NCBI RefSeq assembly: GCF_964355755.1
Contig: NC_092675.1
Span: 9,729,812-9,793,811, forward strand
Source: Antedon mediterranea
Lineage: Eukaryota > Animalia > Echinodermata
DNA length: 64,000 bases
Direction: 5' to 3'
The notes beneath the pieces were generated by a model, which did no database searches, had not been told where the DNA came from, and saw only the letters and a program-made list of their open reading frames with translations. Each line of letters begins with the position of its first letter. Position 1 is the stretch's first letter. Shown piece by piece: positions 1 to 15,192 of the stretch. The position numbers were made by a program, and so were the translations under genes.

Positions 1-3000
1 TTATGTTCATTTCTTTAATTATCATTATATCCACAAAATGGTTGTTTTCAGATTTTTGCCTTTAGGTTTTTGTATGTAATTATACACAATTAAATGACTG
101 AGAGAAACTACCAGATTATTCTCTGCTGTAAATGTTGCGGATAATATAAGTACAAAATTAAACTTTGTTTCCAAGTTGCATTTTCATTATTGTATTTTAA
201 TCTATACTAAATTTATATAACTGAACTTATGTATTATTTTATATTATCACTTACCACTTATATTTTAGTTTTATAGAACATAGGCCCCCATGTTTTCAAA
301 CTCAAAATGTTGTAGTCTTTTCTGTAAGTTCACTATCACAGAAGCTGGCTTACATTACGAGCAGCATGTACATCTTAAACAGCCCCCAGACATTGTTATT
401 AGTTTGCTTTTACGCGATTATAGAAGCTACCAGAAGCGATATACATTGTGATTATATTGTATCATTTTTATTGGGTAAGTATCAAAGGTGTATCGTTATA
501 TGAATTACAGTATGCTTTGTTTAACATAATAATCGCCAGGAAACGGTTATGTAGTTTTCATTTGGGTTTCCGAGTATGACCTATTTGTAAAGATGCTTCA
601 GACGTAGTAAAATAAGTTTATGTATTTAAAATCAATGTGTCTTCTAAAATATGTTTGTGATGCCATTTTCAGGCGCCATCCTAATAATAGAGAAATTTAA
701 ATATAGGAAATAAAACAAAATGGGGTTATCTCAATTTCTCTTACATTCTTCTTGAAATAAATATATAGTAAATCATCATTTATATATATCTCGCTGTATA
801 AGAACTTTCTTTTGATTAAATTATTTGAAGCTAAATATTTTCCACGTCCGGTTTCGCATCATTTTAGACTTTCATCGATTGTAGGCCTAATATACCTTTA
901 CAATGCAATATGAAATGACACAGACAAAATGACTTTCTAATATTGCAACCTGTGTCGGTGTGTCGGTAATATGAATGAAGCAAGAGGCACCTAAAGGCTG
1001 TAAAGAAGTTAACGAATAAAACGTGAATAACACCAGACTCATTGTAATAGATTACAAAAAAAAAGGATTATTTTCAGTAAAATACAATTGCACCTTGTGG
1101 TCTAGGCCTGTTGTTTAATGTTTGTATTGTGGTTACTAACGCTTTGTCAACGGGTTAAAGACGGCTTTTTTCACGTTCGATTGCCTCGTGCACATGTAGG
1201 GCCTGAAACATGAAGCCTCCGTCAAGATTAACAATTTAGTTAACAAGATATAATCTGCAGCTTATATTTGATAGAAATTTAAGCTGATGTTTATTTAACT
1301 TAACGGAAGGAGCGGAATTGTAGGCCTATCTAGCTTCAATTGGCGAATGTCTTACACTTGCAACTTACAGCAACGAATATTGTGTTTAAATTGTCAGCGT
1401 GTAACAAAAATTCGTAAGGTATTATTAGGCTATGATTATATAATATTCATACATATAAGTACAATAATCTACAATAATTTACCTAATTAATAATGGGCCT
1501 ATGTCTATATATTGAGATTTATATTTATCATACACATTCAATATAGGCTTGTCTTTTTATTTTTTAGAGGCTTACGGTATATTATTTATTATAGTTCTTT
1601 AAAATTGCCAATATTTCAGATTAATGAATATAATATTTGTAACTACATCGATCTAAATAATGCCTGACGAAGGAATAGCCTTGGTACGTTCTTTCTGGCG
1701 GTTTTACATTACCGTTTTATTTAGTTTTTACGTAGGGCTTTAGTATATTATTTAGTTCCATTGAGATCCAGAAACGAATAGGCCTACCCACATCATTGTT
1801 TTCCGGTAATTTGCCTTTAAATTTAAATAATGTCTATGTTTAGCCTGTAGGCTTAATTTGTAATAAACAGAAAACTACAATTAATTTTTTCTCAAGTTAA
1901 TGTGACAGAGTAATGTAAAACGTCATTGTTTTTATTAAACATAATAGAAAATTTTATTATGTAATAGCTGTCAGAATTCATGGGGATTCCCCACTATGCG
2001 CATTCATGCTTGGACGTCGGTTTGTACCGTATAACGAGTTAACAAACAATTGTATCATTTTAGCAATTTAATGCCATTCGACCAAGAACGACATCAGAAT
2101 ACGTTTACTACGCTCCACTGAAGCTGCAAGTATACTAAACACAAGTCAAGTAAAACAAAACAAACCTATGTATTCACCTGTGACAAATAATCAGTAAAAT
2201 TAGGGATAAAAATATTGTTAAATTGAATTTTAAAGCGATGATAGAATTTATATTTTTCAGTTGAAAATATATGAATTTCATTAATACATAATTTGTAAAT
2301 TACAGTATCACTAGAATTAATGTGTAATATAAAGAACGATATAGATATAGATTTGTATTCTATAATAGTTTTACAAGTATCAAAGCCAGAAATATTGAAT
2401 ATTAAATGAGCGAATTACTGTTGTCTAAATTAGGATATTTTGCCGCTGTTAGCCAGCGGCTCAATCTCATATTTTGCGCTTAAATTCATTTTGTAATATT
2501 TTATCAGGCCGTGATCGTGATTGCCTCCTATCTTTATGGATTGACCTGATGTTTTACAATTCACTCAGATAATTTGTTTTCCCATTTTGATAATCGCAAT
2601 TATTCCATGTACAATACAGATATTTACGATTGAATTTTGTAATTACATTTAAATCTGACTGGCTGGAAAAACAATAACGATGCAAAAGGGTAAAGAACAC
2701 TTCATCCTTTTTAAAGTAGTAAACAGTTGAAAAATATGATTTATTCATTTTAATTAATTCAATGCAATTTAAACCTCCGTAAAACTCAAATTATTTTTTA
2801 TTATATAATTTTGTACAACAAAATGCAGGCATACATAACAACTTAATTTACCCCAATGAGTATCATTTACTTTTTTATCGAGTTTGTTCAGTACGTTTAT
2901 TGTTTTTAAAAAAATATATATTTTATACTCTAAAATAATTACCAATTGACTGACATTGACAATTTTAAAGATTTTCAATTATTACATTAACTACAAACAA

Positions 3001-3091
3001 TCGATTTAACGAATGTTGTGACTATGAGATTGTGGCACATTGTGGCCTAATAGGCCGCAAATATATTATTTTGAACATGTTAGCAACTTAC

Positions 3092-3180
3092 TTTTGCAGC
3101 TTCCATGAGGAACGGGATGATGGCCTGGATGTCGGTGATGTAGGTCCATCAACATCGGCATTCCTGAGCCAGGAACCTGC
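3092..3180 (-). CDS. Candidate internal coding exon of an unidentified host gene ((A)GSWLRNADVDGPTSPTSRPSSRSSWKLQ..)
   Basis: GC-richer island bounded on the minus strand by acceptor ctcttccattag|gcag|gt (two AGs 4 nt apart) and donor aaaa|gtaagt; open frame. No homology recognised. Confidence 0.45.
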
Positions 3181-6100
3181 CTAATGGAAGAGTATTCCAT
3201 TTCAACTAAACCAACTTTTACTACGAAACTTATTGACTGTGACGAACTATCCGATGGTTCAAAACAAAATACAATCAATTTCTGATATACAAATCAGATA
3301 CGAGCTAGAGAAAAATCACAGTCCATAACAAGTTTTAGGTTATAAAAAATCTTTGTTCAGAACGTTACACCAAATGATTTTTATGAAATATCAAATAAGC
3401 TAGCCTAGAAAATAGGTAGTAGTAGGTGAACTGAACCGTGTTGACTTAGCGGACTTAACGTGGTTTCTTCCGGAGTCGTACGCTGCCGTCCTCAACGGTT
3501 GACAGGCTTGTGTTCTATCTTGCGCATCCGACCATGGGTTGATTTCTTATGGACCAGACTAACCATATAATCTTAACTCTAATTGGCTGATTACTTTGGC
3601 TAACATAGCCACTGATCGTTTATTTAATCTACTCTCTAATTGGCTATCAGCTTGAACTTGGGATCGCGGCTTAATACTGCGCATGTGTGGTTTGTAAACA
3701 ATCAAAAGAGCTGTGGGTTGGTCGCGGCAGGAGTTGAATTGTTTGACTATATAATTACAAGGCAATACAATGTATAACAAACATTTGTAAATTGTATAAA
3801 AACGATTTAAAAACGTCAAGAGCAACAAACAATGCAATACACGTGTTTGAATTATTCACGTAATGCCGGCACCCCTCCCCACCATACGTACTCAGCTAAT
3901 TGCGTTTGGAATGTTAGGTTGAACCTAACTTTTATCAGCATCCACTTTTTTATACATTTTACCATTGGAAAACTCTATGAAGATAGACTTTTTACGATTT
4001 TTGTTTATTATTTTCTTTAACAAAAATAGTCATAAGCTTCTCTAGCCTAACTGGTGCCAGATGTTTAGAAGAACATTTTAACGTATATAATCACACTTGC
4101 ATCAATTTAACGTAAACTACGAGGAAAAACTACTGTAAAAAATATATGTTTTAATTCCCATACCACCTTTATTTATTCGTACGGTCAAATTATTTATATC
4201 CATACAAAATATATTTTAAAATACATATCAAATGAATATAAGTTTGTTAATTTTCATCATTTAATATGCATAACAAGATAGAAAAGGAAAACAAATCAAC
4301 GAATTTATGTTGATTAACAATATTCTCTTTAATCTGAAAGACTTTTTCTCAAATGTTGTCTCTTGTGTGTGGGAATAATTAATTTACCAATATATAAAAT
4401 GTATCATTTATGAAAGGTATCTGAACATAAGTAATATGTTTGATTTAATAGACAACTTTTAGTCATCATCATCAGGTTAATAATAATAAACATGAATATA
4501 GTTTAGGAGTCAATTAATAGTATTTCAATTTCTTGAGACTATCTGAAGCAATCCAGGTTTCCAGCATGATTTTACTGCCGCATAGAAGCTGCCATGTACA
4601 TGGCCTACCTATTTAATCCATAAGCTAATTTTGTTGGTTATAACGAGTTATGAACTCCATATTTTGCATTATTTACAACGTGCTTAAGTCACCCGCACTT
4701 AAGTCCCGATACTTGTTTTCTCATTTAACTTAAGCATTACGCTAGTAAATCGAATAGAAAATATAATACTGGAATAGAACTCAATTAAAGCATCGTCACG
4801 GAAGCTGTTTGTGGCATTAAACGTCTTTTTTCTTTGTTGCAAATTATCTTGACTAGAGCTAAGCAAGCTATGCTCTCTCAACCAAGCGTAGCTTTTCTCA
4901 AATGTCATCTTTTTGCTATATATTGATACCTTCTGTATACGTCGTATAAGCCTAAGCTACGACGATGATTGAATATTTCTCGATGAGTCCCACGTGAATT
5001 GGAGCAATTCTCCGCGCACACAATCACAAACATGCCTAATAACATTTCTCGCTGCTGAAGTCCATTAAGAAGGGTGTCGTTATAGAAAAAAAAATTCATA
5101 CATATATATTATCTGTATGATACAGGGCCGTAGGCTCGCCGCTTAAGTTTCAAGTGTTACGATTGCCTGCCGTAACTGCAGGCCAAATCATTAAAGCGAA
5201 ATGGATTTTACTGCTGAAAACATCCCGAGTTTGTTCAATTAGGCAATATAAGGTGGTAGGAAACAATAATAGATGTCAACATAAATAATAAGAACACAAA
5301 TAAATATCAAGTTAAATATTCCTCTATTTAAAAATTAGTTGCGCATTATATAATCATTGTCAAAATATTGCGTTATTATCAGGCAGTAGTAAGTATTTCA
5401 AATAAGTATTTTTTTTTCAAATAAAGAAAATATCTACATTAAAAAAAATAGCGAACCTTTAGCTGATTATTATCTAATGTATTTTAATTAACTAATTCTG
5501 ATTTTAATTTATTACATTATTTAAAGTAAACATTATTTTATTCGTTAGGAAAACAAATCACAAAACTATCTAAACAACATTTCTCAAACGGAATACAATA
5601 TCAAGATTATATAATTTTAGCCAGAAATTTACTGTAAGAAATTGCACTAAACCTGCAATATCGGCTTATTTACCTAATGTGGGTTGATCAATCCCGTTAC
5701 TAACACCTGTCATTTTGTGAATGTTATTCTGAATGAAAAATATATAGATCTGAATAAAGTACAAAACAAACCATCTGATAAAATCCTATCAATGTAAATC
5801 GAATACCAATAGATGCATAATGACTATTTTTTTGATCGATTAATGATTACAACGAGTGTACTTTATATGTATGTATATTTAAGTACCTACAAAAGAGTCT
5901 GTGATTTTGATTTCACACAAAAGATGGTCAAAAACATAAATTGTCTTTATTTATCGATTTAAATCATAGAACTTTAAATATTTATCTGAAAGGGAGAAAC
6001 TCTAGATTGCCCAGCAATAATTTGAATATAGAATCATGAGTACGATGATCATAAACTATCATACTGACATTAATTAACATACGGTATGTCTATTTTATCG

Positions 6101-9100
6101 TAAAACAATGTTTATATTACAAATTATGTAACAATTATTAAAAAACAATTCTTGTATATACGGATATTTTTGGTCCGAAAGTTTACAAACTTGAATTCTT
6201 AATTACAAATACAACATATAAACGCCTCATGAAAGTCGAGATATACAATCGATAAAACATGTATCAGCTATTATTTCATTCGAAAATATATATCACATTT
6301 GCTGTAGAATATGTCGGATCTGGTGTCGATATATTGATGTTATTTAGGTCGTTCTCACTTCCATACATTATTTGTCGTTTCATATATTATAGAAAATAAC
6401 CATGGTATGGCAGTAAAAAGTGTCTAAAATAAAAATTATTTTTGGTAGCCTATATTGATTTAAGGAAAATAAAATTTAATAAAAATAATGCAGGACACAA
6501 GGTAGAAAGGCAAGTAAGGAGTAGAAGAAGACTACGGTATATTATAACTTTTGAATGTGTTTTAAAAGTCGCAAAATGTATTTAAATAATAACATATAAA
6601 TATAATATGTAGGTCTAGAGTATAGGCCTATTAGTTAACACACACTTACCATGGGTTGCATAATATATGATAACCTCCCCCCCCCCCTCCTTCCTTCTCC
6701 CCGCTCCCCCACTGTTTGTCAGTGAAATGTAACTGTAATTTGACTAAAACGATATTAGTAAAAAAAAATTCTTTCTCACATCTTTTGGAGTGTCTAAGCA
6801 GCCTACGTCATAAGACTGCTGGCGACTGGACTCTCAAAAATACACGGCATTATCTATCATTTTCATTTGTAAGCAAGAAGGAGTTAAATTGATAAATTTA
6901 ACGATGCTATATATAGGTCGGCTTTTGTTCACGCCTTGTTTCCAACTAAACTAGTATGTTAAGAGATCTAGTATAATTGAGGCATAACGTTATGCATCAT
7001 CAGCCAGGTACAACATCTCGAAGCATATTCATTTGTAAAACGTAGTAATGAAGATGATTTGATAGTAAGTTATGTGTTTATTTTTCACTCGTAACAAACT
7101 TTAAACCTTCAAAACACGCGCCTTCTACGACCGTAATACTGTGATTACCAATCTGCGCAGTGGGTCATTATTCACGCACATTGGTCACCGAGTGTTGCGT
7201 ATCGTGTGCCAAAAAGAACTAAATCAAAAACATTGTGACTCGTTTTATTTGATATTGAAGTCAATAACAGAGTCACTCTACTGTTTAACTGTTTGATTGT
7301 TCGTGTGTCTCTTGTGATTAAATCATCTTGAAAACACTGCGATCATTTTGATGATAGTTTCAGGCACTCGAAAAGTAAAGAAGCGTTAAGTAATTCGATT
7401 ATTAAGAGATCTCAAACGTGATGGCATGCACAGTGCATCACATAACATTCATCAACTGAAACCAAATGTTAATTGTTTATACCGTTTAATTCACATGTGG
7501 ATAGTTTAATGGAACATGGAAAATCATCATCATCATTTTAACTTCTATCATCTCTTGTCTATTCAACGTCTTTTTACCATCATAAGTCTGTCATGTATAT
7601 ATTTCTATTTACTTTAATAGACACTGAACTAGGCATCAAATTCACATATCATATTTAAGTTGACATTAATTAGACATTAATTAACGAAAATACCAAAATT
7701 ATAATTTAAAAGTATTTTACAATGATGTAGAATCTACAGTGGGCGCTATCCAAAATACGATAACTGACCATTTTTTCCGGTCTTTTAAAATGTGATGTTT
7801 TTTTATCTACATTATCTGTCTTGAAATGATAACTGGTAATCTAGTTTTATATTCATTCTACATAATAAAAATATATTGCAAATAAATAGATATTCCTAAT
7901 GGCATACAGTTTGTTCCCAGGTATTTATATCTGATCTTCCTAAAAGCGACACGCCAGTTGGAGAAACTGCTTAATAATATTGTTACACCGCTAAATAGTT
8001 AGACATAATATGGCACCGACGCGAACCAGTGGTTACCAAACAGCCAGAAAACTAGCTGCGTGTAATTCTGTAATATTGTTTTTCGCTTCTTCTCAATCCA
8101 GTGCTTGTGTAATAAACTTGACGATTTTCACACCTTATTCGTTTGCCTGATCGAATTGCAAATAAACAATTCCCGCGTTTTCCCACCAGTCTACGTAACT
8201 CGTCCACCGAATAGATGTAAAATTACATGAACGAGTGCGCAATTAAAACTGAGCATTTTACATTATGATGCTTCCATTGCATTTAATGTTTTAAAAAATG
8301 TTTTATTATATAATTGAAAATTAAATACTGTTCCATTTCTTCGTTAAGTTACTTGTTACTTACGGTACCGTAATAAACGCATCAATTATTATGTATGAAA
8401 AGTAAGGCCTACAACTTTAATTATTTTGTTAAATATCTATAACTTTTTATATTATTTATCAGGATTATACAGTTGATTTCAAATGGCAGTGGATTTTCTA
8501 GTTGTCCTATTATTTTAGTGATAAATAAAAGGATAATACAAAATGAAGGAAAACTAACGAATACCGCATTAAGAATGAAAAAGTTAGCTTTAATATGAAT
8601 AAGAAATGTAGGCTTACTAGAACCTTATTTAGAAAGACAGGATAATTTTCAGGTATTAAATACCAATGAATACTTAGATTTCAAGACAGCCTACTTTTAA
8701 TACCCATGGGACAAACATGAAAACAATACAATGAAAGGCTAGAACCGTGCACGAATATATTTTAGCCCATTTGACAATAATGCAATAAAAAGTTATAATT
8801 AAAAATGAATAACAAAAAACAATAACCAATACTGATAAAATAATACAGAAATCAATAATAAAAATAAAAAAATAAATAAATGTTTTTCCTCATTTTCCAC
8901 CAAATAATGACTATTAATAATATAATAAATAATAATAAGTAAAAATAATCAATAACAAAAAATAAAGAAACCAATAATCAGATGCAACAAATAAATAAAT
9001 AAACATTTACATTTGGAAAAATATGAAAGGAAGGAAAAAAATACGTAAATTAAGCATTAATTAATATTAAATATAATTTTTAAGGAAATTATTTTCTACT

Positions 9101-11762
9101 ACAATTGGGCATAAAAAATAAACATTAAAATGATCATAAATTATAATAAATTATATATTATTAGTTAAGATATGATTTTTTATTTGACCGTTTTATTTAA
9201 TTAGAATACGTTAATACTAATGATAATACTAAGCTCATTAAGTTAATAGGAATAATGACAATGTTTTTGTTGGCTTTAGTAACGTATAGTTGGTAAACTA
9301 GTAGCATTAAATACAAATAAAAATATCATAAAGCAGATAAAATATAGCCTCGTGCGAGTCCATGAAAAATAGCAAAATATCGTGATGGCGCTTCCTTGAG
9401 ATGCCTTTGGGAAATATGTACGAGTTGATGTTATTTCGTGTACTGTAAATTCAGATACTAGCATTAGATGAACCAATCCCAGGACACTCATCACAAAGAT
9501 ACAGAAATAATATAGAACCGTTGGATGATTCGAAGCGACCTTGGTCGACAGAAACACGCTGTGAAATAAACACTATAATCATAATAAATTATGATACAGT
9601 GGATATCAAGCAAAAGTTATATTTCAAAGGAAAAAATCAGATAATTTACAACTGTATATCGAGCCGGCCTCGTATAGATTCCCTTGCGTTGAGGTGCGTA
9701 AGTCGTTACTGTCAACCAATGAACCGTGAAGTGTTACATAAAAACGTAGTGCCAAAACTTAATATCAAATTGATTAATTCATAAAGTCGAAATTGCTTTA
9801 TTATTTCATCCTTACTGGGTATAATTAATAAATTATATCTAACGTAAATCTATATTTAATCGGTGAATATAATTTGTTTCAGTGTATTTTCCCAAATGAT
9901 GATGATTGCCTTTAAAAATATACTTGGTCTACTCGTTCAGTAATGCGTCTATAAATTGATTTTGATTGTATTTTGTATTAAGTTTGCTGAAAGTATAGGC
10001 CTTTTATGTATATATACATAAAATATGAAATATAAATGATAAAAGTTTGAAAAAAACAAACTCTTCAGGAAGCTTTGTATTTTTTAGTAAAAGATAATAT
10101 CTGCTCAAGGTATTGACACAATTAGTACATTTGTCATATTTTAATTTAAATATAATTTATATATCGACAATATCCGTTAAACTATTTAATCATTGTTGAT
10201 AGAGAAAAACAATTTTTCTAATTAATATTTATTTATTTGTTGAAAGTTTATTTTAAACACAATTACCATATTAGGCCGACTACTTATACACATATTATAC
10301 ACAATTATAATTATCTGATGTTTCTAAATCATAAATTAATCGAAAGGTAATTAAAATCTATAATAATAAATAATAGACATTTTCCAATGATATTATTGAT
10401 ATAATAATGATATTAATAATATAGGTAAGCAAAATCCCAAAACAGGAGAAAATATATGGTAGTTTGGTTAATAATAAACAGGTAAATTAGGCCTAATTAT
10501 ATAAATGAACTAAATTGCTCTATCCTGCAGAAGAGTCAGTTTCTTATAAGTGAACTAAAATTGTCATCATGCATAGTTAAATACAATAAGAAAAAATTAT
10601 TGATGTCAAAGTTCAACGGAGAAGAAGTAGGCCATTTTTGTATCAACCAGCTGCCTTAAAATATAAATATTACTTTAGTGTGCCAAATCAAATAACAAAA
10701 AATCGCTAATGACTTAATCGTTGGTTTTGTCGCGAAAAAATTTAAAATCTCAATTTTTCCGTCACTCTAATCATTCATTAAAAGTGTTATCGTGTGTTTT
10801 ATCTACACCGCAATATTATTACGTAAGACCCACGTTGGTTAGTGTCCGGTTACTTGCACTTTTCCGCAAAAATCACGCTTATGCGACCCAGCCCGCTTTT
10901 TACGCTATAAAAATATACGCACTTTGCAGACGGAAAAACGATTAGTTTCTAAATTCAATAGTTGATGGATGAGAAAAGTAATATCTGAAGGTAATTATAA
11001 AATTGTGGTGGTAGTAAAACAAATTGCAGGTCTACTGAAGGGCCAAATTTAGTTGGTAATAGTTTATATGACAATAACATTACAATTTGTGTTAGGCCTA
11101 AGTAACTGTACAAAATATAAGTCGTATGTATAAGGTCAATGACCACACTTTAATTAAGTTTCATTAACTTCATGTTTATTAGGTAGCTCGTTTTTAATGA
11201 CAAAAACTGATATTTTTTATGATGGCGTCCTGTTAGCGTTACGTATGGTTTATTTTGCATTCTTAGACCAAAAGGAATTGACGATTTCAATGTTAATATT
11301 TCTTGCACTTTCTGTGATGTGTATGAGGTTAGTTGGACCATGGTTGGATACATTACTCTTTATCGGGTGTAATATCGTGCTCAGCATTATTGCTGGACGC
11401 TCGGTTTACTTTAATTGTGAAATTTGTTTTGTTTATTATACCATGGAGGAAAAATCCTCAATGATTTTATGGACCATAAATGAATTCATGATAGGCCTAT
11501 TTGTTTTTTACTTTCATTACTATAATGTTCTTTAACATACAAATAGAGTTGAGTAAAGTGCAATGAAAAAATAAAGAGCCAATACTACATCGATTGCAAG
11601 CACCTTCTAGGCCTACTCCTTAAAATGGTAATAATAAATAAATAATTTTTGTAAAACTGAATAGCGTCGATGAAATACAGCCAAAAAATGTCTACAATAT
11701 AAACTGTATAAAGTGAACCAAATTCTTTTCTAAGCTAATAATCAGTGATCTTATCTGTTTTA

Positions 11763-11874
11763 AGCTCTGTCTACACTATCAAACTAGTTTGATTGAAATA
11801 TGGTATAAATATGGTCGTCATATGACATCATCATATCCATTATGGACATAAAGTTTGATAGTGTAGACAGAGCT
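11763..11874. mobile_element. 112-bp MITE, PIF/Harbinger (Tourist)-like
   Basis: Perfect 23-bp TIRs AGCTCTGTCTACACTATCAAACT / AGTTTGATAGTGTAGACAGAGCT; TTA on both flanks (3-bp TWA TSD typical of Harbinger). Confidence 0.85.
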
Positions 11875-14800
11875 TTATACGTAAATATTTTGATAAAAAA
11901 CAGCCTAAAATGCAATTCAAATTACTAATTATCGGTTTCCAATATGTAGGCTTACGCGACATCAACGTGATAGAGAAATGTGGATGTCGTGGAATACAAT
12001 ATCAAATCATAATACATGGATATTTTATTGTAAGATACAACACATACACAATTGAAAAACACATACAATTATTTGGACAGAATACAGAAGAAACAAGAAT
12101 ATATAGCATTACTTTGCACAAAAGAAAGAAACCTCTTTCTGAACGGTTCTTTTATTAACTTATTATTTTTATTTTATTGAACAGATCATTATGATACCTC
12201 ATGGTATAATTGAATTGTGTCTTATTTAATGCATATATCAACATAATAACACAACTATAAGTGATCGGACACTGTGTGAATGATATAACATTATTGACAA
12301 GGAATATCTGTATCCATTGCTTGCACGAAGTTTCGAAACTACGCTAAGCAAATATTTAGTTAGATTTATGTGTTTGACATATCATTCCAATTATCGAATT
12401 AAATCAATATACAAGTTATTAATAAATTAGAACTCAATAAAATCCCAATTAAGTTTGAAAAGCAGTTAAGTAGACTGCTTGTTACGCTTGAACACTAAAG
12501 TCAAGTAGAACTCGATTGAAGACCAATCAACATGGCCCAGAGCAAATACAAACGTGCTTCTAAGTTACAGATATTAAGATGGTGTTCGATAAATACCAAA
12601 TTCATTTCTATTGTGGATAAGTCGCAGGCCCCGGGGGTATCCGATACCGTTCCGGCGTATCGGGTATTTCTGGCAAGCCAATCATTCTCCTCTTAGCGCA
12701 GTGTCAATTGCGATTTAAAGAATTTGTCTTTCCTAATGCGATTCTGATTGTGAATTATTTACAGAAGGCCACTTATGAGTCATTTACGCTCCGGCGCATC
12801 TGTCTTATAAACCTAACTCATCGGTTTGCTTGTCCTATGTAATAAACTGGCTCTCTCGCTTTAGGACATATGTTAGCTTTCGCGACGCGGCTCCATTGGG
12901 ATCTCTTCTTGATTTACATCTTTTGTTTCAGTTATGTCTACAAATTTCGTATGGAAAAAAAACCTTGTACAAGAGTGGAATAAAACGTATTATGATATAC
13001 AAGTATACACATCTTCATTGAGGTGAAACCGATCTTCCATTAGCCTCTCTAGCTGTTTTCTATCTTGTTGTTTGAATGAGAATGATGTAGTTGGGAATTG
13101 AATTGAAATTAAACCACGGTCAGTTACGGACGATACAATTTTATCTATGCATCGCATTCGATGATCGAATAAAAAGTTAAGTTAACAAAAAAAAATCAAA
13201 TATATATTTAGAACTATAATAGGCCTAACTCATAGCTCATGTTCCAAAAATGGGAAAAAATGTACGTAGACTTAAAACCAGCCGGAAGCATTTTTTACCT
13301 GCCGAAGAAACTCATTAGCGTCTAATCAATTGGATAATTCGTTTACATCATCGAGTGTCTAAGTTTATTGTTCTATATTATTGTTAATTGTTTATTTATG
13401 ACACAAAGAGTGCTTTATATTACATCACTAACTCGATGTACAGTACTTATTTTCATATGAAACAAACTATAAATCTACGTAAAATACAGCATATGGTCTA
13501 AAATAAGACACTATGACGTCTATAAATATCATGGTAAGATAAAACGGTTAAAAAAATTGGCTATAAGAATCGCCAATGTAGCAACTCCCGAGTGTCCACG
13601 TATATCGCGTACGTAGACACGCGAACACAAGCAACTTGGAATCTCGTCCTATGGGACGCCAAGACGATTTTCATTTTATAAATCTTCCCGGGTTTAAGAA
13701 GACAATTAAAGCACTTCTGAATCCCATTAATAGACAGTTAATGCGCGTAATTGTAATTTCATACCATAGTCATACGGAAAAATATCATAATGCTTCCAAT
13801 AAATTTCTTTGTTATTCTTTCTAAAAAAAGCTGACAAGTGCGTTTTCTTGAGTTTATTCTTCGTTTTAGAGATAATAGATAATAAAACGTATAACATGTA
13901 ATAAACATTATACAACTAATCCGAACACTGTGTTTTTATTCATTGCGTTTTGACACAATTGCGTTTCGTCATACCGTGTTTTTCGTCACTGTTTTGTTTA
14001 TTTTTGTTAATGAATCGAAGAATTCAAAATAACAACTTTAGCAAATGTTTGATATTATGACTATTATTCATTTCAAATGTTTCTTTAGATTAGTGTATGA
14101 TTTTAATTTTGATTATTTTTTTAGTTTTTTACACGAAAATTAGAGGAACAATTGACCCCAATCAATAGGCCTCCTATCTATACATAGTTGTTTACCGTTA
14201 ATTAAAAATTGATTTTGAAATGTGTAGCCTACCTGGCAGGCATGCTAAATATTAGGAAACGTGTCGAGCGTGTGTCTAATATGATGTCCACTTTAACTGC
14301 ACAACACTTCATGTTTTATATCATAAAGGATATGATTTATTTAAGTTGTTTATTGTTTACAAGCGAATTAAACTAAATTAAAATACGTCGATATACTGTT
14401 TATTTTACAGTAGATATTCATCTATATTAGCCTAATCAGCACAGTACAATTTGGAATTGGAAAGTTATCTTAACTTTATATGTTTTAATGAACATTATAT
14501 TATGAGCTGTTTTGCTATCAGATCATTTGATGATAATATGCTTTGTCTTCAGTTATTCATGGACCTTCATCCTCTAGAGTCGTTTGTGTAAAGTGTAAGT
14601 TTAATGTTCTTCAATCCAATATGATTATATCGTCATTATTTCCAATATAAGACAATCAACATGGGTCCCACAGCTCTCCTCTCCACTGTCAACATCATTA
14701 TGGTTGCCTATTCATTTCATTATCCATCTCAAATTGATTTCAATTTTTATGATAAATAGTGATATACGACCTAATTATGTTTGTGATTATTCTAATACAC

Positions 14801-14930
14801 ATTACTCATTCTAATAATTCTACTTTCAGTAGTTCTAAACCTAAGTAATATTATTATACAAAGATTATTTGGGAGAAATTGGTGTGATGTATGAATATCT
14901 ATTGTCGATTGATGACTGTGGTCTTTTACG

Positions 14931-15192
14931 TTTAGTTCCTACCTGGACGCAACGACGCGAGTCGACCAACCACAAGCGACGGTTCAGAATGATTATCCAT
15001 CGCGTCGTGATTGGTTAAATTACGGTGCGATTACGTTCTTGCGGTTGCGTCCAAAGTTTCTCACGAGAGCCGCAACGCTAGGAGGTACGACGTAACGTAA
15101 GCGAGTTGACCACCAAGCGACAGTTCGAATAATCCAACGCTTGTGATTCGTCAAATCATTTGTGTTGGGTTTCCAGTGGAAACCAGGCTTTA
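14931..15192. mobile_element. Two degenerate tandem copies of an internally palindromic MITE
   Basis: Twice-repeated module gacca..caagcga..ttc.gaat..atcca.cgc..gtgatt.gt with cgcaacg / cgttgcg-like arms; right end agtggaaaccaggct-tta resembles a Harbinger-MITE terminus. Left terminus decayed. Confidence 0.45.

Noticed and set aside
1983-1992. NF-kB-like GGGATTCCCC site
   Set aside because: A single short motif with no supporting context.
9276-9558. Possible exon after the minus-strand acceptor tttatttcacag
   Set aside because: Good acceptor, but no convincing donor or recognisable peptide; the phase-1 frame stops early. It could still be a terminal or non-coding exon.
11197-11535. 112-aa membrane-like ORF
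   Set aside because: Hydrophobicity is expected from T-rich DNA; no recognisable family or splice context.
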